Shown: one piece after another, positions 38,165-52,293 of the stretch | Layout of the letters: each line of letters opens with the position of its first letter | Position numbering within the stretch: the first letter of the stretch is position 1 | Assembly: GCF_036321535.1 (NCBI RefSeq) | Contig: NC_087447.1 | Span: 47,990,001-48,054,000 of the forward strand | Reading direction: 5' to 3' | Source: Camelus dromedarius | Taxonomy: Eukaryota | Length of the DNA stretch: 64,000 nt | Program-made: the position numbers and the translations under genes | Notes under the pieces: generated by a model | Database searches by the model: none | Seen by the model: the letters and a program-made list of their open reading frames with translations, nothing else | Told to the model about the DNA's origin: nothing

Positions 38165-39452
38165 TTTTTTTTTTTTTAAATAAAAGGTAGGTTTATTGAG
38201 GTATAATTTACATATAGTAAAATTTACTTTTAGATATACAGTTCTATGAGCCCTGAAAAATGTATACAGTTGTACAAATACCACCACAATTAAGATACAA
38301 AGTATTTTCATCACCCCTAAAAGTTCTCTTATCTTTGTGGTCAATATCCTCCCCACAACTACCAGTTGTAGCAACCACTGATCTGTTTTCTGTTGTTGTT
38401 TTATGTACTCACACATTGACTTTCATCTTACAGATGAAAAAAGCAGGGCTGAGAAAAGGCAAATGAACAGTCCAAGGTCACAAAGCAAGTAAGGGACACA
38501 GTCAAGAATAGCACACCAAATGGATCAAAGATCTAAATGAAAAAGCTAAAAGTATAAAACTCTTAGAAGAAAGAAGAAAACACAGCATAACCCTTCGTGA
38601 CCCTGGATTTGGCAATGGTTTCTTAGATATAATACAGCACAAACAACAATAAGGAAAAAATAGATAAAATGGATTCATCAAAACTAAAAACTTGGGTGCT
38701 TTTTAAAGAACACCATCAACAAAGTGAAAAGACAATCCACAGGAGAGAAAATTCTGCAGATCATAAATTTGATAATGATTTGTATTTAGAATATAAAAGG
38801 AACTCTTAGCTCAATAATAAAAAGGCTAATAACTCAATTAAAAATGGGAAAAGGATTTGAACATACATTTCTTCAAGTAAGTCATATAAGTGGCCAATAA
38901 GCACACAAAAAGATGCAAATCAAAACCACAATGAGATGCCATTTCATGTACACTAGGATGCCTATAATTAGAAAGAAAGATAATAAATAAAAAGTGCTGG
39001 CAAGAATGTGGAGAAATTGGAACCCTCATTCAATGTTGGTGGGAATGTAAAATAATAGGGCCACTTTGGGAAAAAGTCTGACAGTTCCTCAAACAGTTAA
39101 AGATCACCACATGATCCAGCCACACAACTCCTAGGTATATACCAAAAAGAAATGAAAATGTATGTCCACACAAATGTTCACAGCAACATTATTCATAATA
39201 GTCAAAAGGTGGAAACAACCCAAATGTTCAATTTATGAATGGATAATGAAATGTGGTATATCCATACAATGGAATATTTGGCAATAAAAAGGAATGAAGT
39301 ATTGATACATGCTACAACATGGATGAACCTTGGAAATATATAAAGTGAAAGAGGCCAGTCACAAAATTCCACATATTATGTGACTCTATTTACATGAAAT
39401 GTCCAGAATAGGAAAATCTATAGAGACAAAAAGTAGATTAGTGGTTGTCTAG
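38165..39452. mobile_element. Old L1M fragments (minus 3' end about 38165-38400, plus ORF2/3' region about 38510-39452)
   Basis: Typical L1M motifs (gatgcaaatcaaaaccacaatgagatgcc, ggaaacaacccaaatg). Confidence 0.8.
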
Positions 39453-39902
39453 ATTAATTCATGATACATGAAATCTACATCTTTCTCAAAATAATTATCA
39501 TAATGCAGCACTCACCCACACATCTATTCTCAAACATACCAACTTCCTAAACACTTCTTCCTGATAACTCCATAAGCAATTCAAACTCACCATGTTCAAA
39601 AGTAACCTCATCATCTTTCCTCAAGCCCATTCTTCATTCTGTATTGGCCATCTCTAAATTATTAACGATCCATCCATGTGGCATCTAAGCCCAAAACCCT
39701 GGAAATCATCCTAAATTTCTCCCTTTCTTTCACACCCAATCACCAAGTTCTGACAACCTTACCTTTCTCATTGCTACTGCTCCCTAGTTCAAGTTTCAAC
39801 ATTTCTTGTCTGAACCATTACAACAGTCCTAAAAGGACTCTTTTCCCCAATTCTAACCAGTTCTAATTCATCCTTGATTTTCTTTATTAAAACACAGGTG
39901 TT

Positions 39903-40090
39903 GGGGGGAAGGGTATATAGCTCAGTGGTAGAGTGCATGCCTAACATATACGAGGTCCTGGGTTCAACCTGCCATTATAAAAATAAGTTTTAAAATAAAT
40001 CAATAAATTAATAAGCCAGATTATCTCCCCCCACAAAAAACAAAAACAAAAAAGAGCTTTGGGGGAAAAAAAAAAGAAAATGTTTTTAAA
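39903..40090 (+). mobile_element. tRNA-derived SINE, Vic-1-like
   Basis: Same head, with TSD-like flanks aaaacacaggt / aaaacataggt. Confidence 0.8.
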
Positions 40091-40299
40091 AAAACATAGG
40101 TAGATATAAGTACATTACTCTCCTCAAAAGCCTCGGGAAATATAATCCCTACTTCTCCATATGGTATACAAGATCCTCTATGCTCTATCTGAGATGGGGC
40201 TAAGGAACATGTATTTGTGTTCCTGAGGAGATTTTGATACCCAAACAGTTTGAGGATGTTACCTGAGACTTTCTAAACCAAATGCCATTTGTCTTACAT

Positions 40300-42495
40300 A
40301 AGCTTGATAGCGGAATTGAGATACAGCAGTGAACAAGAACAAAAATTCCTGCTTACATGCTAGTTGGGAGGGGGGAAGAAGAGACAAAATATTTTTTAGA
40401 AGTAAAATATACTATATCAGATGGCAATAAATGCTAGAGAAATTCTCTGAGGGTGAATAGGGAGTACCAAGGGAGGAGGTACAATTTTAAATAAGATGGT
40501 TAGAGACAGTGTCACTGAATGACATCAAGCAAAGACTTGAATAAGCTGAAGGAACAAGACATGTAGGTCTCTGACAGGAAACTGCCCAAGTAAAGAAAAC
40601 AGCAAATGCAAATGCCTTGAAGTGGAACCATGTCTGAGAAATAGCAGGGAGGCCAGTTAGCTGGAACGCAGTGAATAAAAGAGAGAAATGTAGGTAGTGA
40701 GATCAACCAGATAATAAGGGCCAAATCATGTAGGGCCTTATAAGCCAGCATAAGAACTTTGTCTTTTATTCTAAATGAGATAGGAGTGTTTTGAGCATAA
40801 GAGTGACTTGATTTGACTTCATTTTAAGAGAATTACTTTGCTGAGCTGAGATCAGAGAGCAGGAAAGCAACAGGAGAAGCAGGGAGGTCCATTAAGATGC
40901 TACTGAAATAATCCGGATGAAAGATAATGGTGGCTTGAAATAGAGTGGTAGCAGTGGTGATGGTGGTGATGGTAAGTAGTCATATCTTGGATATAATTTT
41001 AAGGAATTACTAATAGATTGACAATGGAGAATGAGATGAAAAAAGACATTAAGGATGAAGCCAAAGTTAACTTGAGAAACTGGAATAATAAAAATGCCAT
41101 TTACTGGCATGGATGAGAACTATGAAAGGAGAATATTTTAAAGTGAAGATAGAAATTTGCACCTGGACTTAAATTTGAGACACTTAAGAACTCTGCTTAC
41201 AACAATGGTTGACACACAATGAGCATTCTGCAAGGGTTAACAACCAGTACTTCCATTATAAATATTACTACCAGCAGCTACTATTTGTTGAACATTCACC
41301 ATGTGACAGGTACTATGTTAGGGACTTCCCTTATTATGTCCGTGTAAGTCTTATAAGGTCACAATCATCTTGCAAAATAGCTATTATTTTCACTTTATTA
41401 CAGACAAATAAACTTAAGTCCAGAAAAATGAATTGACTTGCCTAAAGTCTCATAACTAAGAATTGAAAGAAGCTAGTTTTACACCCAGTTCTTCTGACTG
41501 CAATGTCCAAGCTACTTCTACCTAGATACTAGGTGCATTTCCCAATCTCTCTAGTCTCTCAACCCAGCACTGGATTCTCCTCTGGAATAGCAGGCCCAGA
41601 ACCCTCCTTTAACTCAGGGTTCCTTGTGCTCTGTTTGGATCCAGATAGATTCCACCATAGAGGTAGTTCATACTTACCTACTCGGTCTCTGCTGGACGCT
41701 CACAGGCAGTTATAAGAGAATAAAAGTACCGTGTGCCTGACTTTTATTCTTGCCAACTGTCTAGGATCTCAGCTGCCATATGCTACCCATCCAACTTGAC
41801 TTCACTTCTTAAGTAAGCTAAGTGCCTGCTGTACAAGTCCTGTCTAGCTCTCTCTCCCATAGACAAATATGGAGTTGCCTCTGCTCCCTGGGGTTGAACC
41901 ACAGTATGTCTATACTACCTGTGCCAGCTAACACAACTCTGCAATAGCTTCTCATCTTATTCAGAATAAAATCCAAAGTTCTTATAAAGGTCTACAAGGC
42001 CTTATATGATGTGGTCTCACATGCTCATCTCTCTGGTTGCAACTCCTACCACTACCCCTTGCTTTCTCCACTCCAATCGCAATGACCTCCTTATTCCCTG
42101 AATATACCATGTTATGTTTACGCCTTAGGGTCTTTGTACTTGCTGTTTCCCATACACCTAAAATGCCCTTCCCTCCAGATATCCAAATGGCACAGTCCCT
42201 CACTTCATTCAGGTCTCTGTGCAAATGTCACCTTGTCAGAAATTACTTCCTTAAATGAGCTATCTAAATAATAGCTCCTACATGCTGTTATTCTGTTTCC
42301 TCATCCTGCTTTACTTTTCCTATTGACATCTATCATCAACTGATATATTTTCTTGCCTATTTGTTTATTCTCTTCCCTATTAGAGTAAGTTCCATGAGAA
42401 CAAGGATTCTATTTATTTTGTCTTGTATTCTTAGTACCCAGAATATTACCTGACACATAATGGGCATTAAATACATAGTAGTTGAATAAATAATG
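40300..42495. mobile_element. L2 remnants (minus about 40300-41190, plus about 41940-42495) with an intervening MIR
   Basis: L2 3'-end motifs including gttgaataaataatga and cagcagtgaacaaga. Confidence 0.65.
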
Positions 42496-42979
42496 AACTG
42501 TCCTTCATGTTTCTCCAAAAGACAACTCTGGAAAAAGTTTCAAGGTTCTTGGTACTTCTTGGCATATCTCAGTCAACTACTTGGCTCCACACCTGTCCAG
42601 CATTTACCGCCAATGTCCAGAGAAGCCTCCATCAATAGCTCATCTTGGGCAGAACAAGTAGCAATGAGCAAGGTAGTGGCATGATGACTGAGAGGGAAAA
42701 CACAGAGGTTTCTTAAGACATTCCTCCTGGTGGAGCTGGCTTTCATTCCCAGACTGTTCTACAAGTAGCCTGCTGGTACCCTCAAAAGCACCTGAACTAT
42801 TTCTTTCAAATCAGTAGCAAAATCTATGAGCATAAAATGACATGAAAAAAATCCCAGGGATGAAGGATGAACACTTGGAAGTACCATATGCACAACAGGT
42901 TGCAGTGTGTAAAATTAGTGTTGTAGTTTGCAAACTACTTTAAAATTTTCAAAGAATTTTACCATTTAAAAAGCTTATA

Positions 42980-43470
42980 CAGATGGTCTCCAAATTATGA
43001 CAGTTTGACTTAAGATGTTTCAACTTTATGGTGGTACCAAAGCAATATGCACTCAGTAGGAACATATTTTGAATTCTGAATTTTGATCTTTTCTTGGGCT
43101 AGATAAGCAGCATGATACTCTCATAATTCGGGGCAGCAGCAGCAGCGAGCTGCACAGCTCTCAGTCAACCACACAATCACAAGGATAAGCAAATGATTTA
43201 CACTTACAACCATTCTGTACCCATATAACCATCCTGTTTTTCACTTAAAATACAATATTCAATAAATTATACGAGATATTCAACATTCTGTTATAAAATA
43301 TGCTTTGTGTTAGATGATTTTGCCCAACTGTATAGGCAATTGTGTTCTGAACATGTTTAAAATGGCCTAGGCTAAACCATGATGTTTGGTAGGTTAGGTG
43401 TATTAAATGCATTTTCAACTTACAATGGGTTTATTGGGACATAACCCCACTGTAAACTGAGGAAGATTTG
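42980..43470 (-). mobile_element. MER47/Tigger5-like Tc1-mariner fossil
   Basis: TA-flanked ends cagatggtctcc...gaggaagatttg, with internal ggttaggtgtattaaatgcatttt motif. Confidence 0.8.
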
Positions 43471-43689
43471 TAGTTTACAATGAGATTTTTAACCGCTATT
43501 TCACTTGGTCCTTTGAAGTAAGCAATACAAGGATTATTAATTTCACTTGATAGATAAGTAAAGTTCAAAGGTTTAATGCACGTTAGGATGGATACTGTAG
43601 GGAAAACATACAGACAGTGTCTGCCCAAAGGAGATTACGGTCTAGCTGGGGAATTTTAGAAATTAAATAAAAATAAACATGCCAAAGAT

Positions 43690-46520
43690 AATACACGGAG
43701 GTGGAACTTCTGGAACACCTAAACTGCTTAGCAAATCCTCTTCCCTAAAAGCAAAAATAAAAATAAAAACAAAACTGTCAAAAACAACCATTTCAGATGC
43801 GGAAAATTAACCAAAGGCATACATCAAATTGAGAAATGTTTATTCAAGAAAAATTACTGAACCATGTTAAGGACAGTAAGAATTTGTGACATTTTAGCCT
43901 GAAGTTGCCCCTACCCCTCAAACCTCAAGCTCCCTAGGGGTAATTCCATCAGGGCAGGCCAGGCCAGGCCATGAGCAGGACTGCTACCAGAGTGGGCTGA
44001 TTTAATTTAAAGCTGAGTGTAGAAAATCTGCTCTGGATATTGCCCAAAGTCATTGTCAAAAACAACAGAGGGACAATCTGGGGAACAATAGTAAACCAGG
44101 CTACTACTGCAGCTGGCCTAAGGTCATATACTAGTTAGAGCAGGCAACAGACCTGCATATAAGCCAGAAATTTAAAAGAGAGTTCTGGGGAATACAAGAT
44201 AAGACAAGACCCACTATGAGATCCATAGTGTCCATAAGGCTTCACACTTGCTAAGGAGAAACGGGAGAGGTCCTAGCTATCTACTGACCTTATGTGAATA
44301 TAAGGCTTTGAAACACTGAAAGTAAAGGCTGGAGCAGAACTATAAACTGCCTGAACTTTGAATGCATTCCCCAAATGACAAACAGATATATCAGCAAAAG
44401 GTGGGAGATTTCCTGGCCTAGGATTGAAGCCAATCGTTGGCTAACCACTAATCTATGCTGACCCAGGGGTGAACTTGAGGAAGCCAAGTTTAAAAATTAA
44501 AACAATAATTTAAAAAATATGATCAGAATAAACTACTTGCATGTTAAATAATTAATAAATATTAAATAATAATTAAATAAATATATAAATAATTAAAGTA
44601 ACATGTATGGTTAAAAAAAGAGACATCAGCAGCCACACATTGCAAAGGAGACAGACACTATAGAATAGTCTGAGCAAGTCATTAAATAAACACTCCCCCA
44701 AAAAGGACCCCCCAAAAAACAAACAAAAAAATACAACCCAGCACGAACCCTCCCACCCCTTAGTAGTGGGAAAATCTTAATCAAGAATTGCTATAATATA
44801 TTATCTAAAACACAGTTTTCAACCAAAAAAATCATGAAACATGCAAAGAAACAGGGAAGTGTCACCTATTTACAGAAAAAGAAAAAGGAGACTACAGATG
44901 TTGTCTCTAAGAGAGCCAGATGCTGGAATCAGCAGATAAATATTTCAAAGCAGCTATTATAAATATTTTAAAGAACTAAAAGAAACCATATTTAAAGAAT
45001 TAAATGAAAGTATGATGATAACTACCCATCAAATAGAGAATATCAATAAACAGAAACTATTTTAAAAATGGAATTGTATTCTGAAATGAAACATTCAAGA
45101 GGGACACAAGTCTGATGGCAGAAGAAAGAATCATTGAACTCAAAAACAAATCAATATAGATTATGCAATCTGAAAAACAGAAAGAAAAAATAAAGAAAAA
45201 TAAAGTCAGAGACCTGTGGAAAACTATGAAGGCAAACCAACATACAATTAACGGGCATCCTAGACAGAGGAAAGAAGCAGAAAAAATATTTGAAGACACA
45301 CTTGCCAAAAGCTTCCCAAATTTGATTTTATAAACAAACATGAACCTACACACAAGATAAACAATGAACTCCAAGCTGAATAAACACAAAAAGATCCACA
45401 CCTACACACTTCATAGTAAAAACTGTTGAAAGCTGAAGAGAAAAAATTTAAAGTGGCAAGAGAAAAAAACTTACCAGATAAAAGGGAACAACAATAAAAT
45501 TAAGATGAACAGCCCACTTCTTACAAGAAATAATGGAGGCTAGAGGTAGTGGAACGATAAATAAAATGTGCTGAAAGGGGAAAAAAAGTCAACCACAATG
45601 TCCAACCCCAGTAAAATTATTCAGAATTAAAGGCAAAAATAAACACTCCCAAATGAGTAACAACTGAGATAATTCATTGCTAGCAACCTACCTTTCAAAA
45701 AATCCTAAAGAAATACAAAAGCCTTCTGGCTGATAGGAAAGAGTACTAGAGAACAATTCAAATCCACAGAAAAAGATAGCACAAATACAGGTGATTACAT
45801 AGGTAAAAATAAAGGACAAAATAAATATTTTTCTCTTTTTTTTCTCTTAACAGACTTAAGAGACAACTATATAAGACAGTAACTTTAAAACTATATTGCT
45901 GGGTATATAATACAAAAAGATTTAATTTATAGAAAAACAAGAGCCCAAAATAAAAGAGAGGGGGAGTGGTACTACACTGAAACAAAGTTTCTAAATTTTA
46001 CTGAAATTAAATTAGTTTATATCTGAAGTAGATTGTTTGTATATGAAGTAGATTATAATAAATATGTAACCTGTAACAAATTAAGATATATATTTAATCC
46101 CCAAAGCAACCTCTAAGAAAATAACTTTTTAAAATTTAATAAAAATATCAACAATAACAGCAATAAAAAGAAACAAACCATTGATACATACCAAAGCATA
46201 AATTAACCTTGAAAATATTGTGCCAAGTGAAAGAAGCCAGAGCAAAAGACCACATATTATATGATTCCATTTATACAAAACATTCAGAAAAGGCAAATCT
46301 GAACAGATAGATATTTGATCACCTGGGACTTGGAGTAGGGATGAGTAGGAATGGGGATTGACAGCAAATAAGAGCAAGAGATCCCTTTGGGGAAATTAAA
46401 AATGATCTAAAACTGGTCTAGATAGTTGCACAACTCTGTAAATTTACTAAAAAGCATTGAATTGTACACTTAAAATGGTTGAATGTATAAATTACACCTC
46501 AAAAAAGCTGTTAAAAATAC
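43690..46520 (+). mobile_element. Old, degenerate L1M (5'/ORF1-like region and a 3' end)
   Basis: A-rich ORF1-like remnants (atggcagaagaaagaatcattgaactc) and L1M 3' motif (gaattgtacacttaaaatggttgaa). Confidence 0.75.
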
Positions 46521-47184
46521 AAACTGGTGATTCTTGAGTCAAGGAAAAAACATGTTTCTATAAGCTAAAAGGAATTAAGTCATTTAGTTCAACACCCTTA
46601 TTTTATACACATGAACTGATACTTCCTGTGCCAAGCTCTGCACAAAGTGTTAACAGAATCAGAGATAATAGGACATGGTTTCTGTCCCTGCAGTGCTTAT
46701 ATGAGGGAGATAGACATGGAAACCGACAATTAAGAGCAAAATAGTAGTGTTATTATACTGAGTGCTAGAATTTAAAGAAAAAACAACTAAAGAGGGGAGG
46801 GATGCTGTGACTGCCACTGGGTGGCAATGTGCTCAGTTAAAAGATCCTATTTCCCAATCTGTCTTTGCAGTTAAGTGTAGTAGCTACGTGATTAGTTATG
46901 CTCAATGAGATATAATTGAAATATTGTGTAGGACTTATGCCTAAAGTCTGCTTAAAGGGAACGGTGTTAGCTGGGGGAAGTGCCCTTCCTTCTCCCCTTA
47001 CTCTTTCCTGAATTAGGACATGACAACTGGAGCTCATCAGCCTTCTTTTCTGTGAAGTGACCTTGAGAATGTCTCAAACCAAGGATGGCAAAAGGACCTG
47101 GGTCTAGGGCTTGAAACTACTATTTTAGCCCTCGACTAACTCTGGTGCTCCTTTTATGTGAGAAAATAAAACCCTATATATTTT

Positions 47185-47327
47185 TTTAAGTTTTTTGTTT
47201 TGTTTTGTTTTGTTTTGGGGGGGATAATAGGTTTATTTCTTTCTTTCTAGAGAAGGTATTGGGGATTGAACCCAGGATCTTGTGCATGCTGGCATGCGCT
47301 CTACCACTTGAGTTATATCCTTCCCCC
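47185..47327 (-). mobile_element. tRNA-derived SINE, Vic-1-like
   Basis: Reverse complement of the SINE head, with TSD-like aaaaccct(a/t)ta flanks. Confidence 0.85.
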
Positions 47328-49129
47328 AAAACCCTTTATTTTTAAACCACTGTTATTTTATATTTGTTTCATGTAGCTGAACCTAATCCTATTTAATTGG
47401 GGAGAGAGATATAGAAGATTTCAAAAGAACGTGTCATCTGATTTATGTTTTGAAGGATGACACAAATTCTACAGAGGGAGAAGGGGAACGAAAGGCCATT
47501 TGTGAAATTACATCATGAGAGAACAAGGCACATTTGGAGAATACTGAATAGTTCTGAAAAGCTGGAACATAGAATCTGAAGGAAACCATGGCAGGAATAT
47601 TATCATTCAGTCCCCATTTCTCAATTGGGTCCACTCAGCTCTTATGAAGAATCTTGACTGGACATGGCTACAGGCCATTTTATGATCCCAGAGCTCTTCT
47701 GAACTTCTGTTTTAAATACTTGTTGCAGCTGAAATTTGCCTGATTTTCTTCCTGCTACACTGTAAGCAACATAAGGTCAAGGGACCATATCTGTTTCACT
47801 CACTACTGAATTTCTAGTAAAGGGCCTGATATTAAGCAGGATGCTCAGTAAACATTTTTGACTGGATGAATGAATTAATTAATGGGTGTAAGTATTGGAA
47901 TTTGACAGTTTAATATCACATTAACTACTTCTTACCAAACAAAATTAAGAAAACTCAAGTTTCAGTGTTTTCCCCCTAAATTCTATCAATATGATACTGC
48001 AAGGAGCCCAGTTTTTATTGTAGCTGTTTGCTTCTTTATATTGTCTGCAAATTTAATCAGTCTGCACATCACATTCCTGCATTTTACAGTTCTGTATGTA
48101 TCATTTCATCTCAGGAAATATTTCAATTTAAAGATGAAATGGAAGATTTCTAGCAAACTGCCAAGAGGATCTCAATATTAAAAAGGCTTCCACAGTTAAC
48201 AGATCTTTTCATGCAAAATCTCCACACTACCTCTTGTGCCTGCCTGTAAATGAAATGCTCATCTGCAAAATGTCACATTCTAACCACCAGAGCATTCAGC
48301 CCATTGAAACAGCTTCAAGAAAATGCCTTTGTCCTAATCAAAAATACAACAAAATTGTCTTTCAAGCCAAACACTTGCAAATAATACAAAATTTCTTCTC
48401 AAGGGTTTTCTCAAAAGGGCAAACAAATTTCAGAAGGAATCTCCCTTAATATAGAAAGCAATTATTCATTAAACCTCACATATACTTACTTGGGACTTAC
48501 TATGTGTCATTTCTCTGCCCTTAAAAGAGTTCATCTTTTAGTGGGGAAACAGTTCTGTAAAAAGATAATTACTATAATAAAAGTGTTATATTAAAAGAAA
48601 GTGCTTAAAAGAGAAAGATGTCATTTTGCTCGGCAGAAGGGTCAAAGAAAGCTTTCATAGTGTAGCACCTTTACAGTTTATACAGATGGTGCAAGAGTTA
48701 ACAGTTACCATTTTGCAGATAAAGGAAACAGAATCAGAGAAGTTAAATGATTTTGTTCAAGATTCCATAGATGGTTAGTGGAAACCCAGGGACTAAAACA
48801 TAGGTGAGTAGATCCCAAGTCCAGTGTGCCTTCCTTGACATCAACCTGTTTAACAATCCAGACGTAATAATGGTTGTAATTTCCTTGCCTTTACACTTTA
48901 GCATCCAGCAAATGTGATTTCTCTGAGTTCCCCTGAACATGCCACACTCTCTGGCCTCTGAGTCTGTACACATGCTATTCTCTCTGCCTGAAATGCCACT
49001 GTCTCAATCATTAGGCAGTTCTACCTCATCTTTCCTATCTCTTAGTCTGAATAATTCCTACTCTTCTTTTCGGGTCTCAATTAAATGCTACTTTCATTGA
49101 GAAGCTTCTGTAGTATTTACCACAATATA

Positions 49130-49349
49130 TAGTTGACCCTTGAACAACACAGGGGTTAGAGATGCTAACCAACCATGAAGTCAAAAATTCAAGTATAACT
49201 TTTATAGTCAGTCTTCTGTATCCACAATTCAGCATCTGTGGATTCAACCACTTGTAGACTGTGCAGTACTGTAGTACGTACTTATTGAAAAAAATCCACG
49301 TGTAAGCAGAACCACACAGTTCAAATTCACATTGTTCAAGAGTCAACTG
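49130..49349. mobile_element. MER8/Tigger2-like MITE
   Basis: TIRs agttgacccttgaacaa / ttgttcaagagtcaact, flanked by TA. Confidence 0.8.
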
Positions 49350-51565
49350 TAATATAATTATATCACACTCTTGACTGTAAAGCCTATGAGAGCAGAAATT
49401 TGTCTTGCACTGAGCTTTATTCCTAACACCTAGAACACAGTATCAGGGACTTAGATGTCCTTGGAAAATATTTGCTGAATAAAGTGACTGTATGCCATAG
49501 TTTCACAACCACACAATACAATGACTTTAAATTATCACACAACTCTAAAGCAAAATTATAATTTGCTGAAAATGGGCTGCTTCAGGCAGACTTGCTATAA
49601 CATCCCAAACTACAAGAAATAGTGATCAGGCATTTCTAGAGAGATTATAAATCAACAATCCTCAGAGTCTCTCTTTAATGGTTACTTACAAGAGGCTAGA
49701 TTTGCAATGTAAATATATAAACCAGATTTGATCTTCTTAGATAAGGCTTGTGACACTGTATTAAAAATAGTGGACTCCTTTTCAAAAGTACAAGTGCCAT
49801 AATACCCATTGCTCCTAGTTGCAGTGAGCTAGTTGGAAGAGGTCTATGGTAATGGCACCCAATAGCTTTATTTATTTTTGTTTAGAAGAGATAACTGAAG
49901 CACAGAGAAGGGAACAGGTTACTCTAGAAATACATGGCAAGTCAGGGTTGTGGACAGTGCCCTGAACAAAACCCAAGTAATCACCTTTCCTGGGAAAGTA
50001 ACATCTGCAAAGTGCTGCTTAGTAATTTTATATAATGGTTAAGAATATAGGTTTCTAAGTCACAGCAGTTGTGAGGCTTTGGATAGCTTAACTAATTTCA
50101 GTTTCTTCTTCTGTATAGTAGAAATACTAGGGGTAACCACACGCCAGGATTGTTGAGAGGATTAAATGAGATAATATGTTTTGCCAGAGCACATGTAAAC
50201 ACTTAACAAATGGCAGCTTTATCATTATTTCATCTGGGGAAACATCCTTATCATACACGATTTTCAATGGCCCAGACCTACAATGTCCATAGGGACACCC
50301 AGGACTATGGACTATCCTCTTCCCAGGTCTAGGGTTTTAGAAAGGTAATTAGAAACCCTCAAAAGAGTAAAAGGGGTACTAGTCACCTTGAGGCTATCTG
50401 CTACAGGATAGCAGTTACCTCCTTATTTATAAAGTGAAAACACTACCATTTATTTAAAGAATTACTATGAAGATGAATAGCGAACTATGAAGGATTAAAG
50501 TAACAAAGTGACAATCTCTGTGCTTTAGAATGATATTTCCTAAGAAGATTAAGGGTGCATTGCCAGAAGAGAAACAGAAAGTCTGAACTAGAAAGAGCCA
50601 AAATAGAAAAGAAGGAAAGAATATAGGAAATATTTTAGAGTCAAAACTGACAGGATTTAGACATTTTCTGTATGCAGTTCTTGATGAGGGAAAAGTATGG
50701 GGCTTTTGGGTAAGCACTGAAAGATAAGCATTCATTTTTGAACAAGCAGAGGCAGAGATGTCCAATGAACAACTAGGAATCCAGAAATACTGATCTGAGA
50801 GGCAGTGACTGCTATGAACTAACTACTCAACAACCATTATGTTCAGTTGCTTACAGGTTAGAAGTAGTCCAGCAAGGGTATAAAGGCAGTAAGGAATGAA
50901 CTACATGGAGGAAGAATAACAGCACAGCAGAATATGCCATCAGATGTAATTCAGAGCCAAGTAGGGCTCTCATAAAACATAGCATATCTTCAGAACCTGG
51001 CCACTAAAGAAGCAAGCCTACTTGGCTCCCAATATGATTGCTTGCTTCCTTCTTTCAGTCAATAAACCTTCCCTGGGTCTTTATTTTATACTAAGCTAAG
51101 TACCAGCATTAGGGATATGAAGATGAATAAGTTATGGTACATGATCTTAAGGACCTTGGAGCTAGCAAAGAATAGAAACGTGTAGAGTCAGATAAGGACA
51201 AAGGAAACACGTAAAGAATCAAATAAGGACACCCACATGCTATGGTACAGATGAGTGCAGGGGTCTAGAGAACCTAACTCCATGCACCCCTTCTCCACAA
51301 TGTCTTCCCTGAATATTACATTAGCTAACATTTATGAAATGCTTAACTATGAGAGGCATTTTTCTTAGAGCTTCACATATTTTACCTACTTTAATTTTCA
51401 CATCTACTTTATTAAGGAGGTACTATTTACTACCCTCATCTTACAAATGGAAAAACTGGACAGTCTGGCCTATGATGGACTCTCCTGAGCTCTCATTGTC
51501 CTCAAAAAGCATTTTATATCATCATACAGTACTTTGTATCATTGGTTTTTTAAAAATATCCCTGG

Positions 51566-52293
51566 AAGAACCCTCCTACACTGCTGGTGGGAATGCAGTT
51601 TGGTGCAGCCACTGTGGAAAACAGTATGGAGATTCCTCAAAAGACTAGGAATAGATTAACCATATGACCCAGGAATCCCACTCCTGGGCATATATCCAGA
51701 AGGAACCCTGTCAAAAAGACAGCTGAACCCCAATGTTCATAGCAGCACTGTTTACAATAGCCAAGACATGGAAACAGCCTAAATGTCCATCAATAGATGA
51801 CCAGATAAAGATGTGGTATATTTATACAATGGGATACTATTCAGCCTTAAAAACCAACAACATAACGCCATTTGCAGCAACATGGATGTTCCTGGAGAAT
51901 GTCATTCTAAGTGATGCAAGCCAGAAAGAGAAAGAAAAATACCATATGAAATCGCTCATATGAGGAATTAGAAAAAAAAAAAACATAAATACAAAACAGA
52001 TACAGACTTACAGACACAGAATTCAAACTTGTGGTTGTCAAGGGGGCAGGGGGTAGGAAGGGACAGATTGGGATTTCAAAATTTGTAGATACTGACAGGC
52101 ATATATAGAATAGATAAACAAGATTATATTGTATAGCACAGGGAAATACATACAAGATCTGTGGTAGCTCACAGCAAAAAAAAATGTGACAATGAATATA
52201 CGTATGGTCATTTATAACTGAAAAATTGTGCTCTACTCTGGAATTTGACACATTGTAAAATGACTATAACTCAATAAAAAAATGTTTTAAAAA
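51566..52293 (+). mobile_element. Young 5'-truncated L1 (ORF2 C-terminus and 3'UTR)
   Basis: ORF 51733..51963 reads [20 protein letters not shown]... Very similar to the 62324 copy. Confidence 0.92.
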
